Assembly: GCF_009914755.1 (NCBI RefSeq) | Contig: NC_060933.1 | DNA: 64,000 bases | Origin: the human T2T-CHM13v2.0 reference genome, Homo sapiens | Strand: one strand, 5' to 3' | Shown: one piece after another, positions 16,688 to 31,379 of the stretch | Position numbering within the stretch: position 1 is the first letter of the stretch | Layout of the letters: every line of letters starts with the position of its first letter | The notes under the pieces: model-generated | The model's database searches: none | What the model saw: the letters and a program-made list of their open reading frames with translations, nothing else | What the model was told of the DNA's origin: nothing | Program-made: the position numbers and the translations under genes

Positions 16688-17374
16688 CTTTGTGGTTTTA
16701 TCTACCATTGGTCTTTGATGATGGTGACGTACAGATGGGGTTTTGGTGTGGATGTCCTTTTTGTTTGTTAGTTTTCCTTCTAACAGTCAGGACCCTCAGC
16801 TGCAGGTTTGTTGGAGTTTGCTGGAGGTCCATTCCAGACACTTTTTGCCTGGGTATCAGCAGCGGAGGCTGCAGAACAGCGAACATTGCTGAACAGCAAA
16901 TGTTGCTGCCTGATTGTTCCTCTGGAAGTTTTGTCTCAGAGGGGTACCCCTCTGTGTGAGGTGTCAGTCTGACCCTACTAGGGGGTGCCTCCCAGTTAGG
17001 CTACTCGGGGGTCAGGGACCCACTTGAGGAGGCAATCTGTCCATTCTCAGATCTCAGACTCTGTGCTGGGAGGACCACTATGCTCTTCAAAGCTGTCAGA
17101 CAGGGACATTTAAGTCTGCAGAGGTTTCTGCTGCCTTTTGTTTGGCTATGCCCTGCCCCCAGAGGTGGAGTCTACAGAGGCAAGCAGGCCTCCTTGAGCT
17201 GCAGTGGGCTCCACCCAGTTCAAGCTTCCAGGCCGCTTTGTTTACCTACTCAAGCAAGCCTCAGCAATGGCAGGCGTCCCTCCCCCAGCCTGGCTGCTGC
17301 CTTGCATGAACTTACAATTTTTGAAAAGTATTATGCTTGGTCATGGACCACAGAACAATAGAAGAGAGCTATAA

Positions 17375-18012
17375 TTACACTATATATTTTATATATATAT
17401 ATATACTATATACTATATATACTTTATATATATATACTATATAATATATATACACTATATATATTATATACTATATATGGTGTATATATAGTATATATAG
17501 TGTATATATATAGTGTATATATAGTGTATATATATTATTTATTGTATATATAGTATATAGTATATAGTATTATATATATATAATATATAATACTATTTAT
17601 ACTATATATAATATATACTATATATACTATATATAATATAGTATATATTTATAATTATAATATAAATATATATAACAAATATTACATATATTTATAATAT
17701 ATAATTATTGTATATTTAATTATATATAATAAATATAATATTAAATATTATTATATAAGTATATAATATATAATATATATACTATATATACTATACATAG
17801 TATTATATACTATATATTATATACTATATATGGTATATACTATATATACTATATATGGTATATACTATATATAGTATATACCATATATAGTATATATAGT
17901 ATATAATATATAGTATATACTATATATATTATATATAGTATATATACTATATATTTTACTATATATATACTATATATTATACTATATATATGTACTATAT
18001 ATATTATATAGT
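17375..18012. repeat. ~640-bp AT-rich (TA)n-derived low-complexity repeat with internal palindromes
   Basis: Seen directly; tatatac/gtatata modules; perfect palindrome at 17834-17905. Confidence 0.95.
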
Positions 18013-18130
18013 GTAGGCATTAAGGATTGAAGGAAATTGGATAAGGGAGGGACCTCTGAAGGCTATGGAGCTAACATGTTGCCAAAAGAGATAGAAACTG
18101 CAATGAAAATCAAAAAATATGATGTACAAG

Positions 18131-18591
18131 CATGATGGTTAACCTTATGTATCCACTTGACTGGGCCATGTGGTGCCCAGATATTTGGCTAAACTTTATT
18201 CTGAGTGTGTCCATGATGCCGTTTCTGCATGAGATTAACATTTGAATCAATAGGCTGAAAAAACAGATTGCCCTCCCCAATTTGGATGGATCTCATCCCA
18301 TCCGTTGAAGGCCTGAATGGAACAAAAGCTGAGTAGAAAAGAATTCTGTCTCTGCCTGACTGTCTTTGGACGGAGGACGTTGGTCTTCTTCCACCTTTGA
18401 AATTGGACTTGGACCAGAACTATATATCATTTCTCCTGGATCTCCAGCTTGCCAACTGCAGATCTTGGGACTGCTAAGCTTCCATAATCATGTGATCCAT
18501 TTTCTCATACTAAATCTCTTTCCCCCTCCCCTTGTCAATCATCATCTATCTTCTGTTGGTTCCATTTCTCTTGAAAATCCTGACTAATACA
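18131..18591 (+). mobile_element. MLT2C/D ERVL solo LTR
   Basis: tgatggttaa...cttgactgggcca...cagattgccctcccc...ttgaaggcctgaat...gcagatcttgggact...cctgactaataca. Confidence 0.88.
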
Positions 18592-20369
18592 ACAGGGTGC
18601 AACAAAACTTTTAGCACATTAAACTTGTTCCTAGCTCCAGTGAGCTAGCAACAGGAATAGAGAAGAAAGATAGATCCCCATTCCTGAAGTCACACATGGG
18701 CCACTGAGGGAGAGGGAAGAAGACAACCCATGATGATGGCATGTGAAAGTGCTGTGGTAGAAGAACACATGCACAGAGTGCTGAGGGACACAGGCAGAGG
18801 CCATTACCTCCACTGGAGGCAAGGGAGGTCTCCAGGGGACAGGGAAGTGTGTGTCTCAGAAGACTTCTCAGAAAGGGAGTGTGTAGGAGTGTGTGGGGTG
18901 GACTTCAAGGAAGGTGTTTTGGTTTTGTTTGTCTTGTTTTTGTTGGAGAGACTTGCTTGTGTTTAAAGGCTAAGGAGAAAATACCAATAGAGTAGCAGAT
19001 ATTGAACGTACACAGGAAGGCAAGATAATGAGTGAAAAGAGAAGACAGGAGGAAAAGAAACTCAGAGCCCACGGGAAGCCCATGGGAAGAGCTTAGCCTT
19101 CATTCAGAATGAGAAGTGGTGACAAGCCACTTGGACACTGACCTCAGAGATAAAGGGGCCCTCCAGGTTCCCTAGATTATCAATCTTAGAGCCATCATGT
19201 GGAAAGCAAGAGGCATATAATATGATAACATGTCCAGGGAGTAAAGACTGTGAATGTGTCATCAGAGTTCCCTATGCTACATTTCACATGAATCTGATCA
19301 TGACCTACAGAAACTCTCCAAACAGCAGGACCCAGGTGAGGCCCCTCCCCACCCCCACCCCGGGGATCCACCTTGCCTCCTTTCCTCTCTGCTCATTCCT
19401 GTAATGTATTTCTGTCCACTATCTGCTTGGTGTCTGACTGTCTCTGTTCCCCTTTCTCACATACAGTTCACTCACTTTGAAGTCTCACAAACCCAGTGTG
19501 CTTCCTTTTATCATCACTTTATGTGGATCTGTTTGTCAAGCATTTGTTGTCACTATTCTGAGTAGTACAGTCCATTCTGGCCCCTGAATGCTGAGCACAG
19601 CCTCCTGAGATCTCCACCTCCCTAAATGCAAGTCCACGAATGCCTGGGGCCTGGTGTCTTTGGAAGTCACAAGGTGGACATAGGGGTTCCTGCTGGCCCT
19701 TGAACGGTTCCATGCAGTTTCTCTGCCTGGATCCAGAGGCAACTGGGAACGTAAGGAGGGTGACAAAGGGATTCAACATATTCCAGCAATACACAGTTTC
19801 AGGTTGGGGTGATTTGCTTTGTGTGATTTGTAATAAATGCAATAAGAGCATCATTTATTTCCAACTCTCTAGTAGGATTATTAACTTTTTCTTCCAAAGA
19901 TAAACTTGATTACATTACTTATTTATACTATGTACATTGCATTAGGAGTAAAAAATGCATCAAGGAAAGAAATCATATACAGATTTTTTAAATTAATGTT
20001 TTCTCATCCACTGCTAATAACAGCTTAGATTATTAAAAAGAAAGAATCTTAAATATGCAACTCACCTTCAGGTCTTGATACTGCTTGTTTTCTTTTACAC
20101 ATTTTGCAAAACTTGACAATCTAGAAATATCATCTGTACTCACTTTCAATTCCTCATTTTTATACCAGAGCTGAGCTTTTGTGTTGGGATCTATGACATA
20201 TCAGGACCGGCAGCATGATATAGGGGAAAAAATGGAAGCTTTGAAGCTGCATATATTTTAGTTTAAAATCCAAGTAAGCCTTTTACTAGCTGAGGATGGT
20301 AGTATCTAATTAGAAAGCAATTTTAATCATGGTTTTTAAATTTTCTACATAGAGATGGCAAATAAATGT

Positions 20370-20600
20370 AGTGGATAGTTATTGTGAACTAGGCACTACG
20401 CTAAACACTTCACTTTGTTATCACATTTAATCTTGACAACAGTTCTATAAAATAGGCCTTATTATTTTCTCCATTTTACAGATAAGCCAATTGAGACTTA
20501 AATGAGCTAACCTGCTCAAGGACATTCGATGAATAAGTTAGGGGTCAAACCTATGTGTTTGACTCTAAAGACTCCCTTCACCATTGTCGTATACTGCCTC
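20370..20600 (-). mobile_element. MIR SINE
   Basis: aggcactacgctaaacact...ctccattttacagataag...ctgctcaagg. Confidence 0.7.
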
Positions 20601-21207
20601 CCATATAGATCACCTCCAATCCCAGTCGCAGCATCTACAAGGTAGGTGTCATCTCCAACTTAAGACGAAGAAACTCATGTGAGAAAAAATCTTGCCTCCC
20701 CAGCTGCCCTCATTTTCTCTTCTGCTGGCAGGTGTGCAGCCCTGGCCCCATCAGTCCTTTGAAGGATGCTGCCCTCTATGGGTAGACCGGTAGGAGAGGC
20801 CGTGCCATTCAATTCAATTCAATTGATGCCTTCTTTGTTTCTCCAGTCTTTAAAGCGGACTTACCAATAACGACAGCATGTTTCCATGTTCTTTTACCTT
20901 TCTCAAAGTGCTATACGTATATTATCTCATTCAAACCTCCTAACAACCTTGATGAAAATGAAATTCAGGGAGTTAAAGAGACAGGCACAAGGCAACAGAG
21001 TAGTTCTCATTAGTGCAAAGGGAATTTGATTGCAAACTCACCATGTTTGTGTTAGTTATAACATTTAGTTATGATTTCTCCCTGAGTGCTTAAATGCAAC
21101 ATGAATGTAATAAGCACTGAGTGCTCAATTATATGATCGTAACACCCCCCCCAGCTTTGAAGCCTCTTGGGGAAGTCCGTCACTTTTGGAATAAAGAATA
21201 AACTCTC

Positions 21208-21975
<768 letters not shown>

Positions 21976-21989
21976 TTGTATTGCTTTTT

Positions 21990-22235
21990 AGCTAAATGTG
22001 TTGTGTTTGCTATGTGCCAGGACATTGATCAATATCCTTTGCCTCTCATAACACACTCAATCCTCACAACAACCCTGTGAAGTGTGTTCTGTCAACTTTC
22101 TGACTCATTCTACAAATGAGAAAACTAGGCACAAGTGAGAAAATTTTCCCCCAGGTAATCCAGCTAGTAAGTGGCGGAGGCAAAACTTAGACCAGAGGCC
22201 AGGGCACGAGGGCTGGTGCTGTTAGGAACTCTGCT
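21990..22235 (-). mobile_element. MIR SINE
   Basis: tatgtgccagg...aatcctcacaacaaccctgtgaag...tacaaatgagaaaactaggcac...cagctagtaagtggcggag. Confidence 0.75.
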
Positions 22236-23070
22236 ATGAGGACCCTATTTGTTGGTTAAAGGTGTGTCAAATGAATGAACTAGTTGCCCAAAGCTCCCAC
22301 AATGTTAGAAGCTTGCTATACCTAGAGTCTGATCCTATACCTATAAGGAAGGAGATAAGGAAAAATTAATAGTAAGAGAGCCTTGATTCTCAGTTCTACC
22401 AGAAGCAAAAACTGCAATCATTTTCTTCCCCTACAAAGAGTATTGCTACAGTGTCACATTGTCTTTTAAAAAGGTCTCAGGAATAATAAATTCTGACCAT
22501 ATCATATCTTCATCATAGTTTGTGACATCCATTGCTTTTCCTTGCCATCCCTTCAAAGACCGTGTATGAATCTAGTAAAAAGTATAATTAGATGTAGAAC
22601 CCCTGGTTGGCTTTTCTTTTTTCTTGGTGACACTGAAGGTGGCATTTAGGGTGGAAAAGGAGGAATTGGAAAGCGCATTCCCTCTGGCATCCTTAGGGAG
22701 GTGGGCAAGTACCATAATTCAGATAATTTCTTTTAAGTGCCTCCTGATGTAAAAAGAAGGATAGGAATTATTTTCTCTTTCTTGAATGCACAATGAATAA
22801 TGTATCTTTGGGTCAATTCTCCAAATGAGCTACGTGCCATTGCAGAGCAAAACTGGAGAGTGAATTACAATGAATTTTCTTTCCTTTTCCAAGTCCTTGA
22901 GAGTACCTTATTGCATTCTTTATCCAAGTCAATATATATATTGGGGACCCCAAACATGGTGTTATTGTCTATGGCAAAAATAAATTTGGGCCTTCCTCAA
23001 GGAACTTCTAATATATCAGAGACAGTCATGTAATCCACAGACTATAACACAATGTATACTTAAATTATTA

Positions 23071-23503
<433 letters not shown>

Positions 23504-23639
23504 TCACTGAGCTCATTAACTCTTATAAGCTTTTATCAAATTGTTTAGAACCTGACATAATCACACAATTTCACAGAGGAGCATACTATTGGAGGAAATA
23601 GAAATTTAGAAAGAGATAATAGAAGGTATAACGATGATA

Positions 23640-23875
23640 AACAACATTTAATAAATGCCTACAAAATACCAAATGCTTTAAATATTTAATTTAATTTAAT
23701 CCATATAAGAATCTTGCAAGGCTGGTGTTATTGGTGCATTGCACACTTGAAGAAACCAGAGCTCAACGATGTTAAGTAATTTGCCCAGTTCACAAAGTTC
23801 CTAATTGCCAATGCCAGGATTTGGAGCTAGGTCTATTTTTTACAACCTTGGCTTTTCCTATTTCACTATGCTACC
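23640..23875 (-). mobile_element. MIR SINE
   Basis: aacatttaataaatgcctac...gaagaaaccagagctc...gttaagtaatttgccca. Confidence 0.65.
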
Positions 23876-24699
23876 TTAAAAAAAGTATATAAAAGGCAAG
23901 TAAGTGCTTGATGTCATTCTTCCTGAAGGACATGAAAGGAATGTGCAAACAGCACGGTCATTTTCTATAGTAAAATCTTTTAATTATGACCCAAATCACA
24001 GCACTGCGGTGCTAAGCTGATTGTGAGCTCACCTGAAGTCAAAGCACTTCCCAGCAAGTTCAGTGGCAACACTCGGCTCCTTTTCTATTAGCAAATAGAG
24101 AACCCTAGGAAGGTATGTTTTATCCAACTTAGACCAAAATGTTATGGAGTGAAACATTTATAAGGTTGCCAGTGGGAGGTGAAAGAAAAGAAAAGGGTAG
24201 AGTTTGCAACTTAGTATCTCTAAAACTTCATTTAGGGACCTACTATTATTACCGTTCTGGAAATAAAGTACCTGTACGGCCCTTTTAAGGACTGTTTTAG
24301 ACAATATTCACAGGGAGCATAAAAGCCCTGAATGAACAAGTTGACAGAATTGTGTGGCTGGGAGCATCCGTCTAATTTGATGAGTTTAGAACCAATTCTG
24401 CAGCCCAAATGAAGAGTCTGTGTCTCAGATGATACTCATGATTCACTAATGGGTTGCTTTTCATAAGTAACGAGATGACTCACATCATTTGTTTCCCAAG
24501 GTAGGCGATGTTTTCTGTCATTACTTTTAATGATTTATTTACCCTTCACCATTTTTAATCATTGAACGCTGTCAATTCATTGGAATCCTCTGGACCAAAA
24601 TATTATAAGTTTATCTTCTTTTAAAGCTTAGAATAAAATCAGGCAATTGCTTCACAGAACTTCAGTTTACTGCCTTGCTTATTCTTTTGTGTCACATCA

Positions 24700-24919
24700 G
24701 ATATACATGTATATATAAAATATATGTAATATATATGTATATATATAATATATATGTATATATAATATATATGTATGTATATATATTATATATATGTATA
24801 TATAATATATATGTATGTATATATATTATATATGTATATATAATATATATGTATGTATATTATATATGTGTATATAATATATATATAATATATATGTATA
24901 TATATAATATATATGTGTA

Positions 24920-24952
<33 letters not shown>

Positions 24953-24955
24953 TAT
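24700..24955. repeat. AT-rich (TA)n/(TATG)n repeat ending in (CA)n
   Basis: Seen directly. Confidence 0.92.
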
Positions 24956-27900
24956 GATATAGGAAAATTCAGAAATTAGAATTGAGCAAATGCTGCCCCG
25001 GTTCTGCCTGCAACCCTATTTTCCATGATAGATGGTAGAGAAGAGTATACTTGAAGATTCCAAGTAAAAATATCTACCAGAACTTTGAAGAGGAAGACAC
25101 AAGAATAGAAAAAGGAAATATATCCTGGGACAAGGTATGCATATGGAAAAGCCAATTAAATACTTTGTTTTAATTAATTTAAGTGTCCTTTAACTCACTC
25201 TTGATAATATATCCCATCTTGGATTGATTTCTCTGTAAGAACACGACATCCAACCTCATCATGTCTTGGGGTAAAAAAAAATTCACCAAGACCATGGAAT
25301 TCATTCATCCACTTCAACATTTACCGAGAACCTATTATTGCTACTCTGTGCTCATCACTATACTTCCAGTTTTGAGTGATGAAAATAGAGAATTAGCAAG
25401 GGTCATAAAACAACTTATTCCCCAAGGCTTACAGTTAATCTATTGATTATGCATATTTGTCACCCATAGGGGTATAATTTCTGGTTCTCTCTGGAATAGA
25501 TAATTTGCACATTTGAAAGGTTTTTAAGTGCGCTTTCAGTCCTGAAGCAGTAAGTGTATCTCATAAGTCTAGTTAAGAAATAAAGGCATGCTAAGTCATA
25601 CTCCTCAAAATATTAATACATAACTGAAGAATATTTGGCTTACTGTGTTGTCTTGTTAAGGAAAATGGAAGAGATGGTGACTTACCATGACAAGGTAAAT
25701 ATCAAAAGATCAATGCTAGAATTTTAATGAAAATCATTTAAGCTTGCCCCATGGGAAGTTTAGCTGATCAATTCTGAGTACTAGGCTTATACTTCAGAGG
25801 CATGTTAATGGTTAAGCAATTTTGTTCATTTATAAAAGGAGTGGGGGTGTGGAGAATAGGAACCCAGTGATTGGCAGAGTACTTACAAGTCTGCAAGACA
25901 CAGGAAAATTGCAAAGATAATGTAGTAGTTTTCATGGAGCATTGCCCTGTTACTATAGTTTCATCTCAGCAAAGGGCACTATCAGCACCAAACAAGTGTG
26001 ATATACAGCTCCTCAGTCAAAATGGGAGCAAAACCAGACCTGCTAAGGAGGAAGACACCATGGCAGAAGCGCTGGTCAGGCTAAAGGCCAACTATGCCTA
26101 TGAAATCTGGGACAAATAGTAAATACCAGCAATTTGAGGTTGGCTCAAAAATGAAGGGACAGGTATGAAGCAGGAATGCATGAGATATTCTTTGAAGCAA
26201 GATGGTATGACTGTCTTTTCCTCCCAGGTTTTATTCAGCATTTCCATGTCCCTTCTGATCAGACCTCTGACAGTGGGTGAGGCCAAAAGCCAGACAGACA
26301 CTGGGCCACTATTTCCTATGTAAGGAGACTACTAGGTACAGAGTACAGTATTTTGAATTTAGGGGTAAAGTGGGCCAAGAGCTCTGCAAAGATGACTCTT
26401 GATGTGAAATAATGACCACTACATTCTCTTGGGAGCAGCTGGTGTGAACCAGCACCCCTGAGCAACCAGGACCTGAGAGAATGATGTGTTTATTTATGTG
26501 AAGCTGGGTGCTGATGCTCATCATTTTCATAATTACTTTATTTCTCATCTCCCCCATTTCCATGGGCCAAACATAAAGTGTGCAGGAAAGCAACTACCTA
26601 TATGTGCTTCTATTTACTCAAGTTTACAGCTATCGTACAGTACTGATTAATCCTCCCTTCTCCATGACACTGAGGCAGTAGCATTCTAATGCCATCTTTA
26701 TTATTGTTCGCCAGATCGCATACTACTGCATACAGAAATAGGGTAAATCACGGAACTAGTGTTTGAGGTCCATAAAATGCAAGGTTATGAATATTTCATT
26801 ACTATACATTTTATTTCCCTGTCTATTCTGCATCTCCCAAAATGTTGTTTGTTTACTTATTGGCTCACTGTTCACCAGAAATACTTAATTCTTAATACAA
26901 AGTGTGGACTGGATCACCAACCCCTGCTTTGTGGCCTGAGCTACATTTGAAAGTAATGATGGACTTTTTTCTCTCTCTTTTTAATCATCCCTTCAATCCA
27001 CAAATACTTGACTGCCAGGTTACTTCACTAACAGGAGTTTCAGCTTCTTCGTCATAATTGTATTGATTTGCAAGCCCCGCAAATCAATTCCCAAACATTT
27101 CTCCTGTGAACTATGGCTACGTATTTAAATTTTTCTCAACGCCCCATTGTATCCGTCTTTGGCTGAAGTAAGCAGTTAGACTTTTGCTGCAGATCTTGGC
27201 AATGAAAGACACATTGTGCAAGTGCAATTAGCTTCACTCCCTGCACTGTACAAATGATTTGTATGAATCAGCTGGTCCCGCGAAAGATGCAGCCATTATC
27301 ACCTGCTTCTGAGTTTTCCTTTAACCACAAAATTTATATTAGTAAATAGCCAGGGGGATTCAATCTCAGCAAAATCAGAGTCTGAATCCCCAGCATTAAG
27401 GTGCTAACTTCTCTCCTGCTATAGGGTATAGTAGATATTAATACAACTCTTTGGTACAGACTGCAAAATATATAAAATGTCATAATTATATCTGCAATTC
27501 AGCAATGAAACAATTTTCCTCCTTTCTTCACTGTCATCAGCATAATAGCAGCCTATGGGATTTGTATTTTCTGGCTGTGAGCCCTTTTATGGGCTGTAGA
27601 AAAAAATACAAGCAGGTTAGTTTCACAGCTCTGAGAAGGCCTCATGACAGAAATATTGCTTTTAATGTTATTGTCTCTTTCTAGCTTGTAACCCACTCTC
27701 TTTAGGTAGAGAGGCTTCTGTGCTGATGCAGCACCACTTATGTTTTTCTGATAAACCTCTGTGTTCCCTTCCTGGCTTCCCCCACCCATCTGGACAGAGA
27801 AATAATTAACCAGCTTTCAGGATCATGCTATGTTATCTATAGATAAAGGGGAAACATGAAATGGGAGGGGGTTAGTCAGAGGGGAATGAAGTCAGGAGGA

Positions 27901-29527
27901 AGCATGTCTCTGAGGTTTCTCTTGGAGACATAAAAGAACATAAGAAAGATGCATTCTGAGTGAATCTTCACATCCCGTTTATTTTGCTAGCCAAGACAAA
28001 TATCACAGCTCATATCTAACATTTGAAAAGCAGGGCCAAAGAAAATGATGGATTAATAAGTCCAAGGACAGAATAATAGAAGGAAAATATATTATAGAGA
28101 ATGATGCCCCTGTCAATCTGAAAGGGGCGGGGAAAAAGCTGAAATGGAAGTGGAAAAAAAATGTACCATAGCAACCTTAAATAGAAACACCCTCCCGTAG
28201 TTATGCTAAACATTAACTAACATTACTCAAGACCCCTATGGTACTATTGCTTCAGAAACAGGTATCTTCAGACCATTTGCGATTCCTTTTGTTATAACCT
28301 ACACTATGGGCATTGTGAGTTGAACAACAGGCTAAATGTTCCCTCCATAATTATTGGTAATAATATTCCATGCACATTTCTATCCCCCATCATCATCTGT
28401 GATGAGGCTAATCCAGTACTTTCTGCATGAACTGTTATAATACCCAAAGCAGCAGGACGGAGTATTATCAAGCGTGGGTTTACCGATGGAAACCTAATGT
28501 AACAGAGTTCGTTTCCAGAAAATAGGTAGGGATGGAATTTGTCAGCATCAGCCATAGAGACAGACACCTGTAACATGCTCCCAGGCGACTCACTCAAGTG
28601 ACCATTTCTCATAATGGTTTCTTGTCAGTCACAGGAAGCATTCTAAATACATTTCTATAAAACGAAGAAAATACTCTTTAGTCAAGAGGCAGGTCTTTAA
28701 TGAGAGGTGAGGTGATCAGAATTCTGCTGTCATCTCAGCCACAGACACTTAGCAATGTTCCACTGACCACTCTGTGGCTCAGTTTCATAAATGCTGAAAG
28801 GTAGACTACAGAAAGAAAACTCTTCAGGAGTGCATATAATTTTAAAATCTGTTAGTGGCCCAGAGATCCCCAGAGACAAATAGTTCCTCTATTGTGATTT
28901 AAAACTAAGTGATGAGACCAATAGTTTTGCAAGCAATAAATCATTATTTGAATAGAATTGTTCAAAATGTCCTGTAAAAGGAAGTAATAGAAGGGAAAGC
29001 CTAGAAGTTACTAAAAAGGACTCAATTGTAAAATAGCAAAACTGTCATATATGTTAGACCCTTCTTGAACTATAATATTATAATGAGGAGACCATGGCTG
29101 TGCCCACATTTAAGAAAAAAAAAATTGCAGCATACGAAAATTCAAATTTACAAACCAGATCAATTAATGGGTGATTATTCACACTATAAAAGGATTTATC
29201 GCTTTACAAATGGATTCCCTGCAGGGTTCCATTTTAATAACTGAGCTCTCTCAGTGTTAGGAGTCACTGCCAATTAAAAGTCAATCAGAAGTGAAGATAA
29301 AGCGCCTCTGAGATTAAAATGTATGTCGATGGAAAATCATCATAGAGTTACAAAAATTCATATTACATACAGCTTTGTGGGGACACAGAATTTATTTCAC
29401 AAGTATATTGAGCACCTACTATAAACTTAGCTGGTCCTGGGAATCACTGCCTTGGGATTTAAAGAGTAAAATAAATGGTTCCTGTTTTCAGAACTTCTGC
29501 AGTGTGGTTGCAGCAGTGTGGTATGGA

Positions 29528-30070
29528 GGGAGTCCCATCAGCATTCTGGGTGGGACAATGCTTTATTGTGGAATTTGATTCTGCACAATGTCAGTTGATA
29601 TAGTTTAGAGATCTGTTCCCACCCAAATCTCATGTTGAACTGTAATCCCCATTGCTGGACCTGGGAGGAGGTGTTTGGATCACAAGGCCGGATCCGTCAC
29701 AGCTTGGTGCTGTCTTCGTGACGGTGAATTCTCCTGAGATCTGGTCATTTACTCTCTCCCTTTCTCTTACTCTTGCTTTCACCATGTGACAGGCTGCTCC
29801 CCCTTCACCTTCCACAATGATTGCAAGCTTCCTAAGGCCCTCCCCAGAAGCCAAGCAGATGGTGGGGCTATGCTTGTGCAGACTGCAGAACCATGAGCCA
29901 ATTAAATCTCTTTTCTTTATAAATTACTGAGTCTCCAGTATTTCTTTATAGCAATGCAAGAATGGCTTAATACATCAGTTCTCATTCGCTAAATGCCAAG
30001 GGAGCTCCCTGTCATTGTATCAACACAAATTCCCCTATACATTTCCCAACATTTTTGTGTCACTACCCGC
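29528..30070. mobile_element. MER3-like DNA transposon split by an MSTB LTR
   Basis: catcagcattctgggtgggacaat...|...ctaaatgcc...gtcattgtatcaac...catttcc. Confidence 0.55.
29596..29974 (+). mobile_element. MSTB-type MaLR solo LTR
   Basis: tgatatagttt...caaatctcatgttgaa...cccagaagccaagcagatg...gcaatgcaagaatggcttaataca; TSD tcagt on both sides. Confidence 0.9.
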
Positions 30071-31379
30071 ACAGCATGATTGAGGGCCTTTGTGGCACTC
30101 AGAAAGCCTCGTTGAATCTTCGGACATCAGTGCTAGAGGACATATTACATTCAACTCTTTCATTTGGATGAGAAGGAAATGGAGGCCAAAAGAAATGAAA
30201 TGGCCCACTCCATGGATCTTTCTAGTAAACAAACTGCTTTGGAGAAAGTGAGCGCATTTGATGGCCACTCTCTGAATTCAACATTTTTCCACTTTGAATT
30301 CTCTCCCTATTTTCCTTGTTTTCACTCTCCATCTCTGCCCTTTTTTCTCATTTCCAGGAAAGCAGTGCTCTTTCTGTTTGTTGGCTTCAGCAAACAAAGC
30401 AGGTGGAAACCTGCCGCCTGGAACCTCCCTTCCCAGGGCATTGCTTCTTCTAATAGCAGGATTTTAGAATAGAAGGTGAATAGGTGAAAATCTAGCCCAA
30501 TGACTCCAATGGTACTGTGAGAAAGATTTTCTAATGAAGTAAGGAAAGTCCTCTGCCAGGGATTTAAGGAGGGGAGAAGGTTTGAAACAGTGCGGAGGGT
30601 CGTAGGGTGTAAACAACAGGATGAATAAAAGAAAGTCTTTTTTTATTGTATTCGGTTCTGCTAAGGTTCAGCTGGTGAGCTTGCACAAAACCTTAACTGA
30701 CCTAATCAGCGCATTTTTATTATTTCCTTCAGCAGCTTTCAGCAGTGAAAGAATGTGAGAAGAGAAAGCCCTCTTGGAAGTCGTTCATAACTGATGAATG
30801 GTTAAATGCAAAGAGAATGAGGGATTTAGATATGAGAGCAAACACATCATTGAAATGGCTGGCCATGAGGTTTATGCTGGGGGGGCCGGGGGTGGGGGTG
30901 GCTAAAAGGACACAACAGGTGATCTGGATCCCCCAGATCTACACCTTCAAGGAGCCAGAGGCACTTGACATATGAACTCTGGTGATGAGACAATGGAAGA
31001 AAGGGATGTGGAGTTTCCAAGGGGGAAGGTCAGAGTTTCAGATCTCAAACAGGCAAAGGTTTGTGTAACTGTGTTGTCTCTGATATGGCCAGCTGGTGTG
31101 GTTGAGGCTGAGTGAAAATGAAGTTATTAAGATAAATGTGAAATCTCCTAAAAACGGTAGGGAAAGAGAGAATGAGACAGGTGTTGAAGTCATTTTTAAA
31201 GTAAATGGAAGTGAATTTGAAAAGAATGACTCAAATTTCCATTAAAATGCCTCTGGGACAAGAGATTACAAGAAGATATGCAACAATTCTCAACTGCCGT
31301 CATATTAGTTGAATTCGTTTGGGAAACCTAAAATAAGTCTTCGTTTACTCATTGAATTTATATGGATGTCATTATTATT

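Noticed and set aside
28486-28568. Possible minus-strand exon
   Set aside because: Weak pyrimidine tract, weak donor (TCG|GTAAAC) and unrecognisable peptide
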